A stretch of 62,395 nucleotides of DNA, counting the filler, from Collodictyon triciliatum (lineage: Eukaryota), in assembly GCA_043381765.1 (NCBI GenBank). It is 8 parts of 8 records of this genome, joined end to end, with 100 filler letters (N's around TTAATTAATTAA, not from the genome) between each part and the next. Parts side by side here need not be neighbours in the genome. Positions count along the whole stretch, not along the records: positions 47,592 to 55,883 come from JBHJMP010003488.1; positions 55,984 to 62,395 come from JBHJMP010003542.1; 6 more parts are not named here. One strand, written 5' to 3'. Below, piece after piece: positions 53,662 to 62,395 of this stretch. A program made the translations under genes and the position numbers. The number at the start of each line of letters is the position of its first letter. Position 1 is the stretch's first letter. The notes under the pieces were generated by a model. It was given only the letters and a program-made list of their open reading frames with translations, made no database searches and was not told where the DNA came from.

Positions 53662-55162
53662 ATAATAATGTTCTTAAAATATTGTTTTAACGAGATTTCA
53701 TTTAAATAAATACATAGCATAATTCATACATCTCTCCATTCAGATGATTCAGGCGATGGTTCGCATCTAGGCCCATGTGTTACAAAACTCTTATTAATTC
53801 ATTTAAAATTATTTTCAAACGAATAATCTTTATATCGAGTAAAGTAAAACATATTCAAAACAATATTAAATTGTAAATTACACTGGCATAGCTGGTTCTG
53901 CAGCAGGAGAGAGAGATTCTGGAATATTTGTATTGTCCACACTAAGTCGACGAGAATCACCTTATAAGAAATAACGTTTATGTATGAACACAGGTAAGTG
54001 TCATTTTATTCTCCTTTTTAAATTAGTGTTTCATAAAATATTCAAAATCCTTTCAGATTTGATATTCAACTTTTTTATTTTAAAATAAATAAATAATATA
54101 ATTCCTAGGTATTACAATTATTCTTGGGCTATAATTTGTACCTTTTGGAGGAGGAGTCAACGCATCCTCAGGCAAAGTCCTGAAGGACTCTGTAACTAAT
54201 TGCAGCCAATGGTTTGTCAAGCGCCCAAAATGATTGAACTCTGACTATGAGTGTATTTTTGTAATTGAGAAAGAAAATCGAAGCCCATTTCATGTCCAGA
54301 CCAAATATTTGGTTATCATTTAAAAAATGGAGGGGTTGGGAATGTCGCACAAAACCATTCACAGAAAACTCGATTTGATGTTGAGTGGTGTGTATAGTGC
54401 AAAAGAGTACCAAGGCGTCTGTATCATCGGGGTTTTGGACATAGGCTCGCGCAGAAACAAGAAGCTTTGATATAGTTTGTCGCAATACATCGTAGTAATT
54501 CACAATCTAGTAAATCAACATCTAGAGTTATTGGACAGTACCAGTATAATTTCAGTAGTAGTTGGTTGGAGAAAGGCCAAGTTTCCTCACCTTCGTGGCG
54601 ATGTCTGGATAAGTTTCTATTATGATATTGATAATATCGTCGCGAGTCTCGAACAATTGCATAAGTAGGTTCTTAATTGTCTATAATAGTAGATTCCGAT
54701 TCGATTAGTAATCTCATTCGTAAAATTATATAGCTTTGACTTATGACACGAGTGTTCGGCAAAAATCGGTAGGAAAAAAAGTCACACTAACATTCAAAAA
54801 GTGAAGAGAGTAATCATACATGGCAGACACAATATTATATACTTTACTAAATTAAACAACGATAAAAAATCATATATGGAAGAGTGATCGATTGAGAGCA
54901 GCTTTTTTTTTTCTAAATATTATTCTATTGAATGCATATATTACAATTATCATTATCATTATCACCATCATTTTCATTCTTAATTTTCATTCGCCTTTTT
55001 TTTTTTATTTCAAATGAAAGGACTCTTTTGACAAACCTGAACGCGAGAGATGAAGTCGTCTTCAACGTTTTCGACTGGAGAAGGGTCCAGTGCGTTTTGT
55101 CTCAATTGATTCAACTCAGCCTGCAGTTGTACCAGAGACTCGATCACTTGCGCGGCCGACAT
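51273..55162 (-). CDS. Multi-exon protein with an N-terminal vinculin/alpha-catenin-like four-helix bundle, a Pro/Ser-rich region and an unidentified C-terminus; interrupted by two internal N gaps, may be two genes
   Basis: Spliced N-terminus MSAAQVIESLVQLQAELNQLRQNALDPSPVENVEDDFISRVQ|TIKNLLMQLFETRDDIINIIIETYPDIATK|IVNYYDVLRQTISKLLVSARAYVQNPDDTDAL|FNHFGRLTNHWLQLVTESFRTLPEDAL. Confidence 0.6.
51810..52215 (+). repeat. (GAT)n/(GATAAT)n/(GACAATAATAAT)n compound repeat with an internal gap
   Basis: Direct inspection. Confidence 0.9.
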
Positions 55163-55759
55163 TGTTCTGTTGGGGAGAAGCACACCAGAAAGTCAGCAAC
55201 TGAAGCGCAAGGAAGAAGAGCGGCCTCAAAGACCATGAAAAAGGACATAAGAAACAGGAAACAAAGAAAGGAAATAGACGATGAAAGAAGAAAAGGATAA
55301 GAGTCGGATTAAGAAAAAGATAAAGGACAGGGCGAGTCGAACGCGCACAGCCACAAAGCAAGGGATCCAACATATTCACAAAACATTCACGTTCCCCATC
55401 AAACTTGCAGGATCGCAATCCCACTTGGCGGTGAAGATCACTGCGAACGCTTATGTTCCAATCAACAAAACATGAACTGAGATCGGCTCTTCCACCCTTT
55501 ACGAGTCTGCCTCTTCGATTCTGCTCGATGGAACAAAAGCCGGCCGTCAGCCACCGAAGCCCGTCGCACCCAATAAACAAACCATTTGCCTCCGGCGTTG
55601 CACAAACTCAACTGAAGGTATATATATGACGCTAAGGGTAGTAGCAGCGGTTTGAATGCCATCAGGCAGAGAGGGCAGAAGAACGAGAAAAGCCACAAAC
55701 GTTTTGGGTATCGAGCGAATAAAAGTAGATAGACATGCATCCATACATTCATACATAGA

Positions 55760-55883
55760 TACATACATACAATACATACAATACATACAATACATACATA
55801 CATACATACATACATACATACATACATACATACATACATACATACATACATACATACATACATACATACATACATACATACAT
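55760..55883 (+). repeat. (TACA)n microsatellite at contig end
   Basis: Direct inspection. Confidence 0.95.
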
Positions 55884-55983
55884 NNNNNNNNNNNNNNNNN
55901 NNNNNNNNNNNNNNNNNNNNNNNNNNNTTAATTAATTAANNNNNNNNNNNNNNNNNNNNNNNNNNNNNNNNNNNNNNNNNNNN

Positions 55984-56353
55984 GAATATATACCTACATC
56001 TCTATGAATTGAATATATACCTACATCTCTATGAATTGAATATATACCTACATCTCTATGAATTGAATATATACCTACATCTCTATGAATTGAATATATA
56101 CCTATATCTCTATGAATTGAATATATACCTACATCTCTATGAATTGAATATATACCTATATCTCTATGAATTGAATATATACCTATATCTCTATGAATTG
56201 AATATATACCTATATCTCTATGAATTGAATATACACCTATATCTCTATGAATTCAATATATACCTATATCTCTATGAATTGAATATACACCTATATCTCT
56301 ATGAATTCAATATACACCTATATCTCTATGAATTCAATATATACCTATATCTC
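55984..56353 (+). repeat. 27-bp minisatellite (GAATTGAATATATACCTAYATCTCTAT), at least 13 copies, ending about 16 bp upstream of tRNA-Glu
   Basis: Direct inspection; truncated by the contig start. Confidence 0.95.
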
Positions 56354-56369
56354 TTCAATAAAAAACAGA

Positions 56370-56441
56370 TCCGTTATGGTGTAGTCGGTAGCACGTATGG
56401 CTCTCACCCATACAACCCGGGTTCGATTCCCGGTAACGGAA
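56370..56441 (+). tRNA. tRNA-Glu(CTC)
   Basis: Complete cloverleaf: acceptor TCCGTTA/TAACGGA, D stem GTGT/GCAC, anticodon stem TATGG/CCATA with loop CTCTCAC, T stem CCGGG/CCCGG with TTCGATT. Followed by a TTTTT terminator. Confidence 0.96.
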
Positions 56442-57719
56442 CTTTTTGCATCGTGCGTCGATTATAATGCTTTTGCCAGCCGCATAATTACCGCATCCGA
56501 GCTCTATTGCCCGACCTGCAGCGGCGTTTCAGGCGGAGAAACATAGCGTTTGTTGCATCTCTGCTGAAAACCTTTAGCTGGCTATGAGAATGCGAAAAAA
56601 AGGCACGTTGAACACGCAGTTTTATTAAGCGTGTCATTTTGTTATTTGTTTTGAGTAAGGGTTGGTGAGTTGAATGGAGGATATGTCAGGTGATGATATT
56701 TGTGAGCTACAAAGCTGAGTTTTAGGCAGGGATGAAGTCTTATGATGTTGCAACTCCTTCTAGAGTTAGAATAAAATAGCTTGATTTTGAGTTGTCAGAG
56801 TTCCGAGATTTTAAGAGGATTATTTGTGTATTGCACATGTTATTTGAAATGTTTACTGCCCAGGACTTGCATCTTGACGCATATATTATGGTTATCGATT
56901 TACAATTTGATATGAAGCACTTTGATTGACTATGTATATTCTCTTAAGCATTTCTGACCAAGGATTTAAGTCCACATGTGGAGAAAAGAAATGTGTCAAC
57001 CCCACTCCTGGAGGAAAAAAGTTGTCCTACAAATTTGATTATGAAATGGACATATCGCTTTTTTTCATCCAGAATATGCGAAGCCTAACAATTGCACCTG
57101 CAATACATATATATTCGATAGAATCATATAAATTGAATCATCGTAGGCGAAGGCGGTTTCCTCGGCTTTGTTTTCTCTCAATAAACTGTTGAAAAGAAAC
57201 CAAAAAAAATATTGAATCATCGTAGCATTTTCCTTTGCAAAAAACTAAATCTTCATTTATGATTCTTGTTCACATAATTGGTTTTTGCCATAGCTTCCCC
57301 TTCAAATAAACAAACACCTGAGAGAAGGACTAATAATTGAAGTTACTTATATAAACAACGTAGCGATGATTGCATTTGACTCAGAGAATATGCATATTAC
57401 TGAAGTCATCATGAAAAAAAAAAGCCGAAGCTTCATTTGTATATAGTCCAACAAAGGGCTCGTTTTGGAAATGGGTTAATCAGGAGTTTTTTTTTCCTTT
57501 ATTCGATTCGGGTTAATCAGGAGTTAATCATGCTCAGACACCGTATATTTATGTATAATACCATACTTAAAAATTGGTTTATAAGTGATATAAAATCATA
57601 ATTTAACACCACTATTCAAAATTTACTTTTTTCTTTTTTTTAAAAAAAATGAAAGTCCAATCAAATACGTGATAGCGGTTTATTATAATATAATATTCAC
57701 TAGTTGCTGTTTCAGGTGA

Positions 57720-60700
57720 TCAGTAAGTGAAAGTTGGGTAATTCCCACCAGCTCGTTGATTTGAAGAAGGAGTTCCTATGGAGCGGAATGATACTTTTGT
57801 AGGACTAGACTCTTGCCCTTTGGTATCAGACCCTTTTTTTATGGTTGAGGGTTATATAAATATATGGATTATTAAAGTAACGGGGCTAAGTGACATGTGA
57901 TTTTTTTTGACAATAAGCTTCAACTTATTTCTATATATAAAAAAAAAGGAGAAAATCTAGGAATTTAAATGTCGAGTACGAGAAAAATGTCGAACTTAAA
58001 ATATACCCTTCTTCATCATAAACTGTGAGGTAGGTGTCAACGACCGACTCAATTGCCGAGGTGCTGTGGGACTTCTTTCACTAGTATTTCTTGACACAAT
58101 ACAAGAAGGGGAAAAAAATTAGACGATTTTAAATCCAGCGAAAACACATATGTGAAAAAACGCTTTATTTCTATTTACTAATTTAATTAGTGCTATAAGT
58201 CATTATTACAATCGCAACGGAGATAGAGTCCTCTTTAGAGGAGGTAAAAGGCTGTTATTGTGTTCCGTTGATGTGTTCATGGTTAAGCGAGCAAGGGACT
58301 TTTCAGCATCCTAATTATTGCAATAGAATATTTAGCTAGCGGTAGAGTTGAGGTTAATTCTACTCTATTTTTGACGTGTTTGCACATTAGCGTTAACTAT
58401 GAACCTTTAGGGGGGGAAGGTTTTCTCCTGGTGCATAGCTTTTCTGAAATAAAAATCGGTCTCTGTTGATTCAATACGGATTAATCAGCCGTCAAAATCT
58501 TTTGATGAACAGAAAAAATAAAGATAAGAGTGCCCTTCACTTTTGAGATATGATAGAGCCTACAATACAAATACATATTTATGTTAGTACAAATCACAAA
58601 TAAATAAAAATAAAATCGCTACCGTTCCTCCTTATAAACACGCTGCTTCCAGAATGCGTGCTGGTGTGCTCCGTCCATACTTTCGTGTCTCCTCTTCTCA
58701 AATATCTAGAATCGAGAGAAAGTTTTATCGGTAAGAAATGCACCGACTTCTCTTTCCTCCACTCGTCCACGGCGTCACTTGCGCTCCAAACTCGTATCAG
58801 ATTTAGCCCGGCCAAAAGTCAGCGGTGCTTCTGCCATCGATCAAGCTGCACTGAGAACACTTCGGTAAGGCCATCCCTTTTCAATTTTACACGCCTTGAC
58901 TCTGTCCCATTTTTTCTGAGCAGCTGCCAAGACGTCGCAATTGGAGGCGGAGCAGAAGCGGTTCGGAAGAACGCTCGAATGGGAGCAGCATCGGAGCAAA
59001 GAAATCCTTCACCGCAGAGGCGTTTCGCACGTGATACGGGAATGCGCGTGGGACAAAGCACGAAAGATGAGAAATATTCGCAAGAATGCCAAATAAGGAT
59101 ATATCTTCCAAGGACGAATGCGTTTTCCACAATTGGGTTTCAGTTACCAAATGCTTTTTTTTTACAAGGGAAGAATGTTTATTCTTTCTGGTTTTCTTTA
59201 TAATAATTTATTTGTATAGATTAAATCACACGCAATGTCGGAGATGCAGAGCCATTGCATACAAAGACAATCTTAAGATTGAATATTAATGGATGGCAAC
59301 TGTGGAATGCATAAAGACATGGCGACGCTCTGACTCGTTATTCTCCTTTCGCGATTGTTATACGAAGGTTTTTGGAAGGACTCGACGGCTTTCGAAAGGC
59401 AGAGGGAAGTGGCGAAGAGTTGGCCAAATGTGGCGGTGGGTTTGCGTTTGGATACTTGGCTGGTGTTGAAGTGGGGTTCTGAATTTGGGTTGGAGCCGCT
59501 TTTGGCTCGTCCTCGTCCGTGCTGTCCTCGTGGTTAACGGCTTGTGCAGCCAAGCTCTCCATATAGTCCCTGTATAGTTGCTGTTCTGAAGGGAGCTTTG
59601 CCCAGTGCGGCTTAAGGCGCTTCTGGAATTCCTTTTCACGAACGCGTGCGGTCTGAAGAAATGATTGACGATTCCACTGGTAAACCTGATGTGAATTTTA
59701 TTTTTATTTTTTTTAATGAGAGGTTTTCATCAGCATCGTCCCTATTGTAATTGAACCATGGTAACTTTTGCTTCTTAAACTTTTTGTTTATTTTTAATAA
59801 GAGTATCGAAGATAATACTGCGAGGGGCTGTTTGGAAGTACACAGAAAACAGGGTGAAATAAATCATCGTGCTAGTCAGACCTCAACGTCATCTTCCATC
59901 GCCTGAGCAGTAAATGTATAGGACCCGTTTGGGTGATTTAAAAGGTCGTACTCTCCAAAGAAATCACCTGGCCCGCATGTTGTAACCTTGTGAAAAGATG
60001 AAAGAATTGAGGAGGGAAAAACAACAACTTGCATGACGTCAAGGTTTCTTCATTTCAAAGTGGTTTTGTTTTGTTTTGTTTTGTTTTGTTTTGTTTTGTT
60101 TTGTTTTGTTTTGTTTTGTTTTGATTTGATTTGATTTGATTTGATTTGATTTGATTTGATTTGATTTGATTTGATTTGATTTGATTTGATTTGATTAGAT
60201 TAGATTAGATTAGATTTGATTAGATTAGATTTGCTCGGTGAGACTGGCCTGACCCATGCACCACTTACTTTGACTACCCTGATGTCCCTCACTCTCTCTA
60301 GTCTCGACCTTTTATCAGGAACATCCGATTCTTGGTCTATTCCTACATCGATTCTTTTGAATATGGCCACAGTGCCCTTCCTTACAATGTAGACTCCATC
60401 CAATACGCCACCTTGCCAAACGATTTTTTCCGCCCTGCTGAAGCGTCGCATGGCCATATTATGCGATATTTCCTCGAGCACTTGAGGAGGAAATCCACCT
60501 GTAAGAAGTCCTGCGGTCTGCAAAACCTCCATTTGGCCAGTGAAATCCTGCGGCTCGCCATATTCCATATTTAATACCATCGACAGGTCGCTAGAATGAC
60601 GCCGAATTCCATTTGCCCCGTTGGTTTGCTGTCCGCTTCCATCGGCCTGATTATCTTGACGCCCTTTCGCGGAGGTGAATCCACGTCCTGACTCAGAGCC

Positions 60701-62244
60701 AGACCGAGTCATCGTCCCTCCAAAACGTTTGATTTTTTCTTGTTGGCGAAGCTTGATTGGACGCGCAGAATCTGAGCCTGAACGAGGGTCGCTCGGGGGC
60801 TTTGGGATGGGCACTATAGAGACTCCAGCAGACAAAATGTTTTGCGTTTGCCCACGAGGTGATTTGTCGACGGGCTCATCTTTTTGTCGTGGAGTTTGTG
60901 AATGAGAGACACTGGGTCGGTGTGCTATGCTTGGTCTGTGTGAGCTACCAGGTTTGTGTACGATGCTTGGTCTGTGTGTAGGAGATTTTGGGGTTGGCAG
61001 AACCAAAGGAAGCGGCATGGACATGAAAGTAGCAAGCTGGCTTTGTAGGTTCGCCTTCGGTGGGATTTGTGAATCTTTTCCAGTGCCAGCTTCTTGACTC
61101 AAGGGCACGTCTGGATTTGAATGCAGAGCTGCTGAGCTACGAGATGTGAGTTGTTGCTTTGCCGTGACAGATGCAGACTGAATTGTGCTGGGGCGGTCTG
61201 TATGTGGCATTTGTGGGCGAAAACGACGTGTTCTAGGGGCTTTGGTGTATGACTCTCGGATTGTGTTTAAGTTGAGCCGAGAATCTTGGTCTTCTCTTGG
61301 AGTGATGAAATGGGCAAGGTTGCTTTTCTTCAAAGCGTCGCGTGAGTGAGACCACAGCGGGTGCAGAGGCATGAAGAGGAGAAGTGATGGGTCATTCGGA
61401 TCCAGTTCCTCAAGCTTTTTCAGCCGGCGAGATGTGAGTATAGAACTATAAAGTAAATATTATGCTGTGTTAGTTTTAGGCTACAAAATTTTGCTCTTGT
61501 TTGTGGATTTCCTCTGATTATATGTCGATACTGTGACTAACTGTAAGGTGAGGATATTTCCTTACAACTAATAGTGCATTCAAGAATGAGAAAACATATG
61601 TGTTACGATTGCAACTTTTGAATGCGTGAAAGCGAATGAACAATAAAAAAAAACTTTTTCATCCGGATGTGCGCGCCTGGCGACAAATGTTTCTTTCTCC
61701 TTGCTGATTTTGTATTCCTCCGTTTGTCTGTGGGCTTCATTCCATTGTTTTCACCTTTTATCCCGCCCTTCGTTTCTATTCTCTGCGGCGATTCGTAACC
61801 TGATAGACCACTTTTCTCATCGTAGTAGACACCATCACCATCGTAATCGCTACTGCTGATATCACTAAAATCATAGTCGAAATCAGACCCAACACTTGGA
61901 GAGGTCATTTTGAGCTTGGATAGTCTCAACATAGGCACAACAGGAAATCGTGTCTTTGGTGCTTCTTTCGAGTTTCTGGATGAATTACGAGGATTATCAG
62001 CAAGATAAAGTACGTCACTGGAGCTGCAATCAGAATCACCCTCTGAGTCAAAGTCAGATTCAATTTCGCTACTTGGAAGGGAATCAAGAGCTTCTTTGTC
62101 ATCATTTTGGTCTTTCTCGTTTCCGCTTGAAGGGGTTTCCAAAGACGCCGGTGGCTTCGCATGTAATTTCTTTGCCTTGAGGCGTAGTCGTTCTTTGTAC
62201 TTTTTAGTCATAGAGGTGTTAGATGTTGCGAGCCTTTTCCTCAT
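57720..62244 (-). CDS. Large, mostly disordered protein with a single cyclic-nucleotide-binding (CAP/cNMP-like) domain
   Basis: LEEISHNMAMRRFSRAEKIVWQGGVLDGVYIVRKGTVAIF..|VTTCGPGDFFGEYDLL..FTAQAMEDDVE|VYQWNRQSF. The flanking exons are S/P/R-rich; 3' exon structure and start are tentative. Confidence 0.8.
60062..60230 (+). repeat. Compound pentamer microsatellite (GTTTT)n-(GATTT)n-(GATTA)n in an intron
   Basis: Direct inspection. Confidence 0.95.
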
Positions 62245-62395
62245 TTTTTTGGTTTTTTTTGGTTTTTTTGGTTTTTTTGGTTTTTTTGGTTTTTTTGGTT
62301 TTTTTGGTTTTTTTTTGGTTTTTTTTGTTTNNNNNNNNNNNNNNNNNNNNNNNNNNNNNNNNNNNNNNNNNNNNNNNNNNNNNNNNNNNNNNNNT

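Noticed and set aside
55984-56353. 27-bp repeat array as a CRISPR array or a repeat protein (ORF 56009-56467)
   Set aside because: Units are directly tandem with no unique spacers and no cas genes. The ORF is a by-product of the 27-bp period and runs through a tRNA.
59092-59102. ATATCCTT on the minus strand as an AT-AC U12 donor in the cNMP gene
   Set aside because: No exon ends there in frame and no TTCCTTAAC-like branch point precedes a usable AC; it appears to be internal to an ordinary intron.

Overview
AT-rich, intron-dense eukaryotic DNA. The gene content and style suggest a free-living protist, probably an amoebozoan, but that is inference. The window is not one locus: it is eight unrelated contigs of about 8.3 kb (first and last partial), joined by 100-nt N/TTAATTAATTAA/N spacers, so adjacency across spacers means nothing. 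Manual splicing gives these genes: Rheb, an At4g15545/NAIP-like protein, a full-architecture FMR1/FXR-like RNA-binding protein (2x Agenet-KH0-KH1-KH2), an LRR + Cys-rich + multi-pass membrane receptor with eleven 69-bp single-LRR exons, an acidic disordered protein, an ankyrin protein, CBP20, a U-box protein, three related LRR-only proteins, PP2A B56, CISD3, a PH protein, a protein with a vinculin-like helical bundle and a cNMP-binding-domain protein. Also present are two LINE fragments, a tRNA-Glu(CTC) gene plus a degenerate copy, and many micro/minisatellites. The FMR1/FXR-like gene is the most interesting item. All homology calls come from motif recognition and recalled sequences; no database search was run.
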